NCBI GenBank assembly: GCA_001179505.1
Contig: CDMY01000268.1
Location: 1 to 64,000, forward strand
Length of the DNA stretch: 64,000 nucleotides
Direction: 5' to 3'
Source: Vitrella brassicaformis CCMP3155
Taxonomy: Eukaryota > Protista > Chromerida
The stretch's first letter is position 1; the number at the start of each line of letters is the position of its first letter. Shown here piece by piece: positions 37,590 to 49,767 of this stretch. Under the pieces are notes generated by a model. It did not search any database. It saw only the letters and a program-made list of their open reading frames with translations, and was not told where the DNA came from. The translations under genes were made by a program, and so were the position numbers.

Positions 37590-39288
37590 AACCACCAGGC
37601 CATGATTCAAAAAGGGCCACTCAGCGTCATCTAATCGACAATCGGATCCTCGTCTGTGCGGTTCTCAGTGTGTCGTGTCGGTCCACTCACTGTGATGCGA
37701 GTCTGTCGTCAATCCACCACCGAGATCATTCGATTCCCATTCTGTCTGTGGCTGCACTGCGCACACAGACACACAGACACACAGCCAGGGAGGGTCAACA
37801 GACGTCAAACAGATGGCCGTGCAGCGACTGTGTTTGCGCACCTGATGATGAGCGTTTTCGTGATTCACCGTGACTGCAGCGGCGGCAGCCACCTGTGGGG
37901 AAAGGCCACCACGTGACATTGCTTGCCGGGTGTGCTCACCCCACTGACGCACGTACCTGTGTTTGACTGTAATGACGCTCATGATGCTCCTCGGCCGATG
38001 CGGTGGCCCACATCCAATCACCCTCAAGATCACCCTGCACACACATGAGAAGCAGACGAAAAATGAGCCAAAGCAGTGACGTGTTGCGGCACAGCACATT
38101 ACCTGTGCGTCAGATCTGCCCAAATCACTCATCAGAATGCCCTCTTTTCGCCGGACGATGAGTTTTTTCACTCTCTCTTTCAGATCGCTGCAGCTCGCAA
38201 AAAGCGGAAGGAAGGGGGGGAAGAGGGGTGCTGGACGATCTGGTGTGGCTGTTGTGTTGTCTGTAGGTCACCTCCTCCGAGCGACAGTGGAGATCTGGCT
38301 GTGGTGATCTGGCTGCTTCTCCTGGCAATCTTGTGACGTCACGTTTTGAGACCACCACCCGGAGGGCACACACGATGGGTCAAACACGTGGTGCCTTCGT
38401 CTTTCTCAGTTTCGTCGGCAGATGAGCGTACACGATCGTGCCGAATTAGAGGACTCATCGATACTCTCGCCTCCGCTACCCATGGGTCCGGGCTCGCTCG
38501 TCGAGCCCGGACATCCCGTCGCTGCTGATCCTGCCTGTCCTGCCTGTCCTGATCTGAGCCTGCCTGTACCGAGTCAAATGGGAGAGAGCCATCCGCCCTC
38601 ACGAGCCCGACAGCGCGACGTGCGCGCGGGGGAGACCGGTGGGCGGGTGTGTCACGAAGGACACGGGTGGGTGCGCGAAAAAGCGTCGCCCGTCGAACAG
38701 CGTCCGCGACGTGACTGTCGCGAGTCGCGACCGAAAACCGGCCAAGAAACATCGAGCTCGCAAGCGCGCCCGTGTGTCTGTGAGCGCGTCGCTGCGGCTG
38801 CGAGTACGTACGCCACCGCACGCAGGCGTGCTCAGGCTGCCATACTCTCGCCTCCGCTACCCATGGGTCCGGGCTCGCTCGTCGAGCCCGGACATCCCGT
38901 CGCTGCTGATCCTGCCTGTCCTGCCTGTCCTGATCTGAGCCTGCCTGTACCGAGTCAAATGGGAGAGAGCCATCCGGCCTCACGAGCCCGACAGCGCGAC
39001 GTGCGCGCTCCCAAATGCCAACAGTAAACCGGTACAGGGCAGGCGAAGGCTGCATCACGGTGACGAAGCGAGGGAGGAGAGCTGAGTCACCGTATGCCTC
39101 AGAATCATCCTCTGTCCGTCTGTCTGTCTGTCTGTCTGTCTTTCCGTCTATGTCTTCGATGTCTCGTGCTGCCGGCGCTTTGCTTGGCGCTTTATCGTTA
39201 CTGGTTCACCGGACCCGATCAGGCCGCCCCAGAGACATCACGTGATGGCCATGGCACGGGCGCCTGCGTGTGAACGGAGTAGTTTCTT

Positions 39289-41907
39289 AACACTCCGTTT
39301 CATCGTACATCGTTGCGGTAGGTAATGGGAACACGATGCTGGTGCTTTTATTCGCTCCTCTTTTCCGCGTCCCCTGTGATGTGGCTCGTGATCGATTTGC
39401 GCTTCTATGCTTGTCGACAGCTCTGTGTTTCGCTATGCGACGTGCGGTTCCCTGGTCTGATCGGCGGCGGTTGGTCTTTTTGATGAGTCCCTCGACAAGC
39501 GCTGTGACCGCTACATATGTCTCCTCTCTATCCGTCTCAACATCTCAATCTGGCCGTCTCATGTCGCCGGTCCGTTGATACTGGGCTCTGGTGAGCGTAT
39601 CGACAGGAAAAAGGAATGTGGTGTCTTGTGATGGTCGTAGGTGTGGAAAGCCGGACGCCCGCCATCGACAAACGCCTATATCCCTCTTCCCGAGGCCTCT
39701 GCGAGCCTTGTCGTGTGTCGTTGTTTGTCTGTCTTCTGTGTGCAGGCCGGTATCGCCCGTCCATCGTTTTCTCTATCATGTCTTCCGCCTCCTTATCGAA
39801 GGCCTCCTTCTGCGTTTTCTTCGCGCATCGCCGTGTCTCCGCGCGTTGAGCCGTTGCTGCCCGCCTTTGACCGCCTCNNNNNNNNNNNNNNNNNNNNNNN
39901 NNNNNNNNNNNNNNNNNNNNNNNNNNNNNNNNNNNNNNNNNNNNNNNNNNNNNNNNNNNNNNNNNNNNNNNNNNNNNNNNNNNNNNNNNNNNNNNNNNNN
40001 NNNNNNNNNNNNNNNNNNNNNNNNNNNNNNNNNNNNNNNNNNNNNNNNNNNNNNNNNNNNNNNNNNNNNNNNNNNNNNNNNNNNNNNNNNNNNNNNNNNN
40101 NNNNNNNNNNNNNNNNNNNNNNNNNNNNNNNNNNNNNNNNNNNNNNNNNNNNNNNNNNNNNNNNNNNNNNNNNNNNNACTCCGTTTCATCGTACATCGTT
40201 GCGGTAGGTAATGGGAACACGATGCTGGTGCTTTTATTCGCTCCTCTTTTCCGCGTCCCCTGTGATGTGGCTCGTGATCGATTTGCGCTTCTATGCTTGT
40301 CGACAGCTCTGTGTTTCGCTATGCGACGTGCGGTTCCCTGGTCTGATCGGCGGCGGTTGGTCTTTTTGATGAGTCCCTCGACAAGCGCTGTGACCGCTAC
40401 ATATGTCTCCTCTCTATCCGTCTCAACATCTCAATCTGGCCGTCTCATGTCGCCGGTCCGTTGATACTGGGCTCTGGTGAGCGTATCGACAGGAAAAAGG
40501 AATGTGGTGCCTTGTGATGGTCGTAGGTGTGGAAAGCCGGACGCCCGCCATCGACAAACGCCTATATCCCTCTTCCCGAGGCCTCTGCGAGCCTTGTCGT
40601 GTGTCGTTGTTTGTCTGTCTTCTGTGTGCAGGCCGGTATCGCCCGTCCATCGTTTTCTCTATCATGTCTTCCGCCTCCTTATCGAAGGCCTCCTTCTGCG
40701 TTTTCTTCGCGCATCGCCGTGTCTCCGCGCGTTGAGCCGTTGCTGCCCGCCTTTGACCGCCTCTTGTTCTTTCCAGCGCCTCAAAAAGGACACCTGACCG
40801 CCCGATGGGACGACTCGGTATGGAAGCGCTTTTGCATCTGATAATGCGCGAGTAGCGGGTATGTGTTGTGATCCAGAGTGAGCTGCCGAAGCCTTCTGAT
40901 CTCTTCACTGATGACGGTNNNNNNNNNNNNNNNNNNNNNNNNNNNNNNNNNNNNNNNNNNNNNNNNNNNNNNNNNNNNNNNNNNNNNNNNNNNNNNNNNN
41001 NNNNNNNNNNNNNNNNNNNNNNNNNNNNNNNNNNNNNNNNNNNNNNNNNNNNNNNNNNNNNNNNNNNNNNNNNNNNNNNNNNNNNNNNNNNNNNNNNNNN
41101 NNNNNNNNNNNNNNNNNNNNNNNNNNNNNNNNNNNNNNNNNNNNNNNNNNNNNNNNNNNNNNNNNNNNNNNNNNNNNNNNNNNNNNNNNNNNNNNNNNNN
41201 NNNNNNNNNNNNNNNNNNGCTTTTATTCGCTCCTCTTTTCCGCGTCCCCTGTGATGTGGCTCGTGATCGATTTGCGCTTCTATGCTTGTCGACAGCTCTG
41301 TGTTTCGCTATGCGACGTGCGGTTCCCTGGTCTGATCGGCGGCGGTTGGTCTTTTTGATGAGTCCCTCGACAAGCGCTGTGACCGCTACATATGTCTCCT
41401 CTCTATCCGTCTCAACATCTCAATCTGGCCGTCTCATGTCGCCGGTCCGTTGATACTGGGCTCTGGTGAGCGTATCGACAGGAAAAAGGAATGTGGTGCC
41501 TTGTGATGGTCGTAGGTGTGGAAAGCCGGACGCCCGCCATCGACAAACGCCTATATCCCTCTTCCCGAGGCCTCTGCGAGCCTTGTCGTGTGTCGTTGTT
41601 TGTCTGTCTTCTGTGTGCAGGCCGGTATCGCCCGTCCATCGTTTTCTCTATCATGTCTTCCGCCTCCTTGTCGAAGGCCTCCTTCTGCGTTTTCTTCGCG
41701 CATCGCCGTGTCTCCGCGCGTTGAGCCGTTGCTGCCCGCCTTTGACCGCCTCTTGTTCTTTCCAGCGCCTCAAAAAGGACACCTGACCGCCCGATGGGAC
41801 GACTCGGTATGGAAGCGCTTTTGCATCTGATAATGCGCGAGTAGCGGGTATGTGTTGTGATCCAGAGTGAGCTGCCGAAGCCTTCTGATCTCTTCACTGA
41901 TGACGGT
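39289..41907. repeat. Three near-identical copies of a ~0.6-0.7-kb segment separated by gaps
   Basis: The same sequence (GCTTTTATTCGCTCCTC..TTTGACCGCCTC) starts near 39344, 40230 and 41219. It may be a tandem array or redundant assembly. Confidence 0.75.
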
Positions 41908-42689
41908 AACACTGTCGGCTTGCTGCTGCTGTTGCTTCCTTGACCCAGGCGTGCTAAGCCTGTGACTGGTGTGTTTTCCTGACTCTTCGCAGACTACCGT
42001 GATGTGTCGGTAAGGGTAATTCGCTCTGCCTGGCTCTCTCTCGCCAACCCGATTTCGAAATTGAACTCTCCGGTAACCCTCGATCTATTCGGCTGAATAC
42101 TCTGTTTCCTTCTCTTGCTCCCCGCCGGGCTCCGCGTCGGTTTATTCTTCGTTTGGATCGGGCGCAGCCCTCTCTCGGCTTCCTCTGTGGTTGACTGTCT
42201 AACAGGCAAGGTCCTACGAGACCACCACGCCGTCGCGAAAAGGATTTTTATCACACCATTCTGCGATCGCTCGTCAGACATCTGCAGTTCGCGGTTTGCT
42301 ACGGAGCCACGGATGCTGCTCGTTTGGGGGCCTCGTTATGTAAGTTACTCGTCGCAATCCTAAATCGCTGGCGCCTTTCTTGTGAGGCCTTGTTCGTGGG
42401 GCGAGAATCTTCTTCGTGGGGCGAGAATCTTGTTTGGGACGATAACATGTGACCTCCGCTTGTGTCGAGGTGTATTGCCTCTCTGACCCATGCATACTCG
42501 AGATACGGCGCTCTACGTGACACGCAGTCATCGATTGCAGACGCTTCGAGGAGCCCTAGACGAAAACTTCATCGTCACTAAAACGAATCGTCCAAGGGGT
42601 GCGACGATAAGCTGACACTCTGATAGAGGCCTAGCCATACGCCAACGAACGCCCGCAGCGGCTGCGACTCGCGATGGGAGGACGAGGGA

Positions 42690-45600
42690 GGCCCGCTTGC
42701 GGCCACGAGTCGATAGAGACAGAGGCCTCACGCCAACGAAACGGTCGCTGCTCCGAATCGACGAAGACAAGCGATGAGAAGCTGACGAAGACCCGATCGC
42801 GGCCACGACTCGATAGAGACGCAGAGCTACAAGCCAACGACGGCCCGCAGCTATAATCGACGAAGAGAAGCGATGAGAGGCTAACGAAGGCCCGATCGCG
42901 GCCACGACTCGATAGAAACACAGAGCCACGAGCCAGCGACGGCCCGCAGCTATAATCGACGAAGAGAAGCGATGAGAGGCTAACGAAGTCCCGATCGCGG
43001 CCACGACTCGATAGAGACACGGAACCACGAGCCAGCGACGGCCCGCAGCTATAATCGAAGAAGAAAAGCGATGNNNNNNNNNNNNNNNNNNNNNNNNNNN
43101 NNNNNNNNNNNNNNNNNNNNNNNNNNNNNNNNNNNNNNNNNNNNNNNNNNNNNNNNNNNNNNNNNNNNNNNNNNNNNNNNNNNNNNNNNNNNNNNNNNNN
43201 NNNNNNNNNNNNNNNNNNNNNNNNNNNNNNNNNNNNNNNNNNNNNNNNNNNNNNNNNNNNNNNNNNNNNNNNNNNNNNNNNNNNNNNNNNNNNNNNNNNN
43301 NNNNNNNNNNNNNNNNNNNNNNNNNNNNNNNNNNNNNNNNNNNNNNNNNNNNNNNNNNNNNNNNNNNNNNNNNACTCATTTTTGCCGATGCGTTGCACTG
43401 CTGACCGCTTGGCGGTTTGAGTGTCGTCTGGCGTACGAGTCGCCGCTCGGCGGCTTCCGTGTCGTGTCGTGTGGATAGCTGGTTGCTCGGCCGCTCGGCG
43501 GCTTTCTTTCGTGTCGTGCGGATAGATGGCCGCTCGGCGGCCCGGATGTTGTTTGGCGTTGCGAGTCGTTGAATAGTATGTGTTGCGGCTTGGTTTAATT
43601 TAGCTGCTAGCGAGTCCCACACGGGGGGCCGACATCATGACGCCAACCGAGTCCTGCTGTGACTCGGTGGCTGTTACTGTCTGTCAGTTGTCGTTCTCCT
43701 CGTCCTTGGGTAGAGACGACTCGCTGTCGTCCTGGCTCCAGTAGCAGGGGCGTTGAAGTCGATGGATCCAGCAGCAGGGGCGTTGAAGTCGATGGATCCC
43801 GCAGCACACTCGCAGCAGCAGGGGGGTCGAAGTCGATGGATCCAGCAGCAGGGGCGTCGAAGTCAATGGATCCAGCAGCAGGGGGGTCGAAGTCGATGGA
43901 TCCAGCCGCAGGGGCTTTGAAGCCGTGGGTCCAGCAGCACACTCGCAGCAGCAGGGGGGTCGACGTCGATGGATCCGGCAGCAGGAGCGTCGAAGTCGAT
44001 GGATCCAGCAACAGGGGCGTCGATGGAGCCAGCAGCAGGGGCGTCGAAGTCGATGGATCCAGCAGCAGGGGCGTTGAAGTCGATGGACCGGCTCCCTGGC
44101 CGACGGAAGATCTCCCTGAGAAACTCGCATCGGGGAGGAGGACGAACCGCACCACCCTGCGCAAGCCTCGAGCAGCATTTGCACCACCCAGAGGGGCCGC
44201 CCCTGTTGCGAGGAGGTACACACCGGGGGGGGGCACCGCGGGGTTAGAGGATGGGAGCGGGGATGCTTGGGGGATGCACCACTATGGGCGGATCTCGCCT
44301 CGTGGTACCGACAAGTGCGCGAAAAAGCGTCGCCCGTCGAACAGCGTCCGCGACGTGACTGTCGCGAGTCGCGACCGAAAACCGGCCAAGAAACATCGAG
44401 CTCGCAAGCGCGCCCGTGTGTCTGTGAGCGCGTCGCTGCGGCTGCGAGTACGTACGCCACCGCACGCAGGCGTGCNNNNNNNNNNNNNNNNNNNNNNNNN
44501 NNNNNNNNNNNNNNNNNNNNNNNNNNNNNNNNNNNNNNNNNNNNNNNNNNNNNNNNNNNNNNNNNNNNNNNNNNNNNNNNNNNNNNNNNNNNNNNNNNNN
44601 NNNNNNNNNNNNNNNNNNNNNNNNNNNNNNNNNNNNNNNNNNNNNNNNNNNNNNNNNNNNNNNNNNNNNNNNNNNNNNNNNNNNNNNNNNNNNNNNNNNN
44701 NNNNNNNNNNNNNNNNNNNNNNNNNNNNNNNNNNNNNNNNNNNNNNNNNNNNNNNNNNNNNNNNNNNNNNNNNNNCCCGATCGCGGCCACGACTCGATAG
44801 AGACACGGAACCACGAGCCAGCGACGGCCCGCAGCTATAATCGAAGAAGAAAAGCGATGAGAGGCTGACGAAGGCCCGATCGCGGCCACGACTCGATAGA
44901 GACACGAAACCACGAGCCAGCGGCGGCCCGCAGCTATAATCGAAGAAGAAAAGCGATGAGAGGCTAACGAAGTCCCGCTTGCGGCCACGACTCGATAGAG
45001 ACACGGAACCACGAGCCAGCGGCGGCCCGCAGCTATAATCGAAGAAGAAAAGCGATGAGAGGCTAACGAAGTCCCGATCGCGGCCACGACTCGATAGAGA
45101 CACGGAACCACGAGCCAGCGACGGCCCGCAGCTATAATCGAAGAAGAGAGGCGATGAGAGGCTGACGAAGGCCCGATCGCGGCCACGACTCGATAGAGAC
45201 ACGGAACCACGAGCCAGCGACGGCCCGCAGCTATAATCGACGAAGAGAAGCGATGAGAGGCTAACGAAGGCCCGATCACGGCTACGACTCGATAGAGACA
45301 CGGAACCACGAGCCAGCGACGGCCCGCAGCTATAATCGACGAAGAGAAGCGATGAGAGGCTAACGAAGGCCCGATCGCGGCCACGATTCGATAGAGACAC
45401 GGAACCACGAGCCAGCGACGGCCCGCAGCTAGAATCGACGAAGAAAAGCGATGAGAGGCTGACGAAGGCCCGATTGCGGCCACGACTCGATAGAGACACG
45501 GAACCACGAGCCAGCGACGGCCCGCAGCTTGAATCGACGAAGACCTACGGTGAGAGACTGACAACGGCCCGTTCGCGGCCACGACTTGATGGAGACACGA

Positions 45601-45790
45601 CGAAGCCACAAGCCAGCGACGGTCCGCAGCCATAATCGACGAAGACAAACGATGGAAGGCTGAGAAAGGCCCGCTCGCGGCCACGACTCGATGGACACGA
45701 AGCCACAAGCCAGTGACGGCCCACAGCTACAATCGACGAAGACAAGCGATGAGAGGCTGACGAAAAGCCCGTTCGCGGTCACGACTCGGC
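42690..45790. repeat. 99-bp tandem arrays (~4 copies at 42690-43073, ~10 copies at 44776-45790)
   Basis: Unit CCCGATCGCGGCCACGACTCGATAGAGACACGGAACCACGAGCC..GACGAAGG starts at 44776 and 44875. It translates on the minus strand as a 33-aa repeat. Confidence 0.9.
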
Positions 45791-46680
45791 AGGGCACGCA
45801 ACTATTAGTCTGCGCACTTTGATCGACTTGTATTTGTCATAGATCGTCAGCTTGTTACACTGCCGCCATCGACTATGCACTCCTTCTATTAGTCTATCTA
45901 CCCGTTGCTTATCCGTTGTCGCCCGAGTGGCAGACAAGGAATGGCGCGGATTCAACTTCCTTGCGCTCGTGCGCGGCGGGATTTAGTGCGAAGACAAGTG
46001 ACTGTTAAACGTCTGGCTAGTGACGAGACGTCGCTCTGCTTCCTGAAGCGGGAAGAGAGAGGAGGGTCGGTGGAGAGAGAGAGGGAGAGAGAGAGGGAGA
46101 GAGAGAGGGAGAGACTAGTGAGAGTGAGAGAGAGAGATTCAGGTACGAGCGTACAAACTTATCGATCCCTCGAAATCGTTGTGCTGTCNNNNNNNNNNNN
46201 NNNNNNNNNNNNNNNNNNNNNNNNNNNNNNNNNNNNNNNNNNNNNNNNNNNNNNNNNNNNNNNNNNNNNNNNNNNNNNNNNNNNNNNNNNNNNNNNNNNN
46301 NNNNNNNNNNNNNNNNNNNNNNNNNNNNNNNNNNNNNNNNNNNNNNNNNNNNNNNNNNNNNNNNNNNNNNNNNNNNNNNNNNNNNNNNNNNNNNNNNNNN
46401 NNNNNNNNNNNNNNNNNNNNNNNNNNNNNNNNNNNNNNNNNNNNNNNNNNNNNNNNNNNNNNNNNNNNNNNNNNNNNNNNNNNNNNNNCAGCAGCAGGGG
46501 GGTCGAAGTCGATGGATCCAGCCGCAGGGGCTTTGAAGTCGTGGGTCCAGCAGCACACTCGCAGCAGCAGGGGGGTCGAAGTCGATGGATCCGGCAGCAG
46601 GGGCGTCGAAGTCGATGGATCCAGCAACAGGGGCGTCGAAGTCGATGGATCCAGCAGCAGGGGCGTTGAAGTCGATGGAC
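43740..46680. repeat. 30-bp tandem arrays (CAGCAGCAGGGGCGTCGAAGTCGATGGATC) at 43740-44090 and 46490-46680
   Basis: Repeated unit giving STSTPLLLDP on the minus strand. Each array is followed by the same ~230-bp segment and repeat B. Confidence 0.85.
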
Positions 46681-47349
46681 CGGCTCCCTGGCCGACGGAA
46701 GATCTCCCTGAGAAACTCGCATCGGGGAGGAGGACGAACCGCACCACCCTGCGCAAGCCTCGAGCAGCATTTGCACCACCCAGAGGGGCCGCCCCTGTTG
46801 CGAGGAGGTACACACCGGGGGGGGGCACCGCGGGGTTAGAGGATGGGAGCGGGGATGCTTGGGGGATGCACCACTATGGGCGGATCTCGCCTCGTGGTAC
46901 CGACAAGTGCGCGAAAAAGCGTCGCCCGTCGAACAGCGTCCGCGACGTGACTGTCGCGAGTCGCGACCGAAAACCGGCCAAGAAACATCGAGCTCGCAAG
47001 CGCGCCCGTGTGTCTGTGAGCGCGTCGCTGCGGCTGCGAGTACGTACGCCACCGCACGCAGGCGTGCTCAGGCTGCCATAATGAGGTTCAGTGATTCCGG
47101 AGCTATGCAGGATTACTCCCGCAGCGTGCTGCTGTCTGGCTGTTGTCGGCATAGTCGCAATGAATGGTGAGTTGTCCGTTTTTGCTTTCGCAGCAAGGGC
47201 GTCTGAGATTCAGGCTTCTGCCACCTTGTGCTTGCTCTGCAGGTGGTGTTCCTCTGTCACGGCCACACTTCCTGCATAGAGTTCACGAGCAATGGCGTTT
47301 CATCAAGCTCGATCGCCATCGGTCTCAGTCGCTGGCCGACCCCATCAAC

Positions 47350-48287
47350 ATGACCACCCCAGAGGAGCATCGGCAAGTGTGGCTCACCAAGGAGAGCACC
47401 CAGCTCATTATGGGTCAGCCAGGGTGGCAGCTGACCCTCCTGCCGGCCAAGATCGACGAGGACGCCCGGCCGCGGCCACTCCGCCATCTGTACCGCCTCC
47501 AGGATTTCCGCAAGCCGGCAATGGACATTGACGAGCAGGCGACCGACTACGACAGCCAGTGCGGCGTGCGCGTCTACTGGGGAGGTGAGCTGGTGGACGA
47601 GGTGCGCTATGTGCCGGTCAAGAAGAGCAAGGACGACAAGCTGTGCGCCACGTGTGTGGTGCCGGGTGCTGATGGCAATGGCAATGTGGGCATCTGCGGC
47701 AAGCAGAACACCTACCGCAACGTGGTCAATACTCACCTGCGCAAGACTCACAAACTGACAAACGAGGATGCACAGGTGGGTGAAGGGCCAAATGGCTGTG
47801 GGTGGGCCTTATCTACGAGTGTTTGACATTGTGCGTTGCCTGCAGCTGCTGCTTGTCGGCCCTCAGTCACTGGCGCCCTCAACCGCCGCCACACACACAC
47901 GTACGGTGCGTGTTTGCCTTCTGCTTGTCTGTCCATCATGACTGCTGCATGCTGTGTGTGTGTGTAAACAGCTGTCACGCCCTTCGTGTTTGCCGGCAGT
48001 GTGATCCACCCAAGTGGCAGCGGCGCAGATACGTGAGTGAGCACGTTCACACGTCGTGGTGTGGCTGTCTGTGGACACGTCCGCGCGTACGTGTGTGCAG
48101 GCCATCCCTCGGTGTTCTGCCGTTTGACGCCATACTCACCGACTTGCAAGCGCCGATGGCTGCTGCTGCTGAAGACAGCAGCGTGACGCGGGAGATCGGA
48201 CAGACAGACACGCTCACACGCGAGGAGACCGACCCTTGGGCTGACGGATGGGTCAACAGCGTCATCGGCGCTCATATGGGCCATTAG
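47350..48287 (+). CDS. Putative C2H2/BED-like zinc-finger protein with acidic C-terminus (copy 1)
   Basis: MTTPEEHRQVWLTKE..LCATCVVPGADGNGNVGICGKQNTYRNVVNTHLRKTHKL; four phase-consistent exons ending DPWADGWVNSVIGAHMGH*. Confidence 0.65.
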
Positions 48288-48760
48288 TGAGTGTGCTTGG
48301 CGTGCCTCTATATGACCGGTGTAATGATGTGGCTTGTCTCTGGGTGGGTGTCTCGCGTGTGTGTGTGTGTGTGTATGTGTCTCGTCCTTGTGTCTGGTCC
48401 TTTGTTCTACCTGCCTGGAATCTGCGCCGGTCATTTTTGACTCGTTTTGTGTCCGCATCAGCCACAGAGGGATGAGCGACGCAATGTGAAAGGGCCAAGA
48501 CTGTATCGTGATGCTATACGCAGACTGCCCTGATTGAAGTCATGATGTTGCAGACGGGCAGACAGACAGACAGACAGAGAGGGAGGCCCATGTGGGCGGG
48601 TGTCTGAGGGGGTTGCTCGTTGGCGAGCAACGCGTATGTGTGTGGGGGGCTGACACTGACAATGAAGCGAATCAACGAAGTTGGTTGATCAATTGAGTTT
48701 CCACGATATGTGTGTGTCACATTCGGTCAAAAATGCGGCGTTTTCAAACCGCATTCGCAC

Positions 48761-49606
48761 TCATTCGTCCCGCCACAGGGGCAAGGGAAGGCAGCAGCAG
48801 CAGGCGATCGCTTTGATGCATCCGTACAGGATGGGCGCTAAGCCGCAATGGTCTCGAGTGGCTGCACTGCCGCCGTCCTGCCGACGACAACTGCTGTGCA
48901 CCACGCCTAAGTAGACGACCAAAGCACCCAGCAAGACAGCCCATATGCGAAGCCTCGGACACCACCGCCCCACCCACAGGCACTCACTGATGCCCAAAGC
49001 CCGAAAGAGGCTCTTGAGTGACGCCCTGGTGGCCTCACTCCACCAGTCGAGAGAATGGTCATCGCCTGTATCGATGCGGCCCACATCGATGGGAGTATCA
49101 GGGATGCCGGCAGCCGTCGCGATCTCGCCAAGGATGTCGGTATCGACCATGCCGGCCATGCGATCGTGGGAGTAATGGCAGACGCACAGCATGTGGACGG
49201 AGGCGGGCGACAACCAGGGCGGGTGCTGCGAGGTGGCCACGCACCGACGGGCGTCTGCGGACAGGGATGCAACACACCAGAATGTGCGGCTGTCGTCTTG
49301 CGCACATGGATTCTCACCCCGTCTCACCTTGCAGTTCCCATATCCACCTCTCCTTGACCATCCTGCCACCTCCGAAAGGCACCAACATGATCCACACACT
49401 CGGGACGTGCATCGGCGCATGGGCTCCCTTGTAGACAGGCACGACGTTGACTCTGTGCCTTTCGAGGTTCCTCGTCAGCTCAGCAGCGTATCCGTGACCC
49501 TAAAAGCCGAAACGAGATTGGTGCAATCCTCTCATGAGGAGCCAACGTCGCTCACCAGCTGCTCTTGAGAGCCGATCAAAGCGACGTCCGAGCACCTCTG
49601 AGTCAT
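48761..49606 (-). CDS. Hypothetical protein with a C-terminal hydrophobic segment
   Basis: Three phase-consistent exons: MTQRCSDVALIGSQEQL / GHGYAAELTRNLERHRVNVVPVY..WELQ / DARRC..DWWSEATRASLKSLFRALG..IWAVLLGALVVYLGVV..WRDE*. Confidence 0.5.
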
Positions 49607-49767
49607 GGGGATGCAATGCGCACAGATCTCGCGAAGAGCTTCAGGATGGTCCTCTAATGCTGGTCGTTGCGAGCCGAAGTAGGAATCGGCAGGAATGGGA
49701 TCAGGAAAGGTTGGTCCATCGCTACGGCTGTTTCTCTTCAGCTCCCCATCTGCACATCGTTGCCACC

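Larger units (their letters stand above)
5458..46489. other. Nine ~300-N scaffold gaps (approx. 5458, 6460, 11982, 18284, 39878, 40919, 43074, 44476, 46189)
   Basis: Runs of N of near-uniform length, concentrated in repeats. Confidence 0.95.
38461..47080 (-). mobile_element. Split-direct-repeat (PAT/Ngaro/TOC1-like) element, non-autonomous; five internal gaps
   Basis: Repeat A (164 bp) at 38464-38627 and 38845-39008; repeat B (174 bp) at 38671-38844, 44315-44475 (gap-truncated) and 46907-47080. ATA occurs at both ends and at the internal B/A junction. Flanks are collinear with 55900-56130. Confidence 0.75.

Noticed and set aside
38410-38460. Upstream exon as coding N-terminus of the zinc-finger gene
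   Set aside because: Its phase-2 donor leads to stops in the next exon in both copies; treated as 5'UTR/uORF, with ATG placed at 47350 and 56303.
43684-45708. 674-aa and 405-aa ORFs as genes
   Set aside because: They are produced by tandem repeats and N gaps; no domain signal. Kept only as a repeat-frame observation.
44776-45790. CRISPR-like array
   Set aside because: Units are contiguous 99-bp repeats with no unique spacers, in eukaryotic DNA with no cas genes.
38461-47080. RT, RNase H or tyrosine-recombinase coding sequence in the split-repeat element
   Set aside because: No YxDD or R-H-R-Y motifs found in any listed frame, although gaps hide about 1.5 kb.
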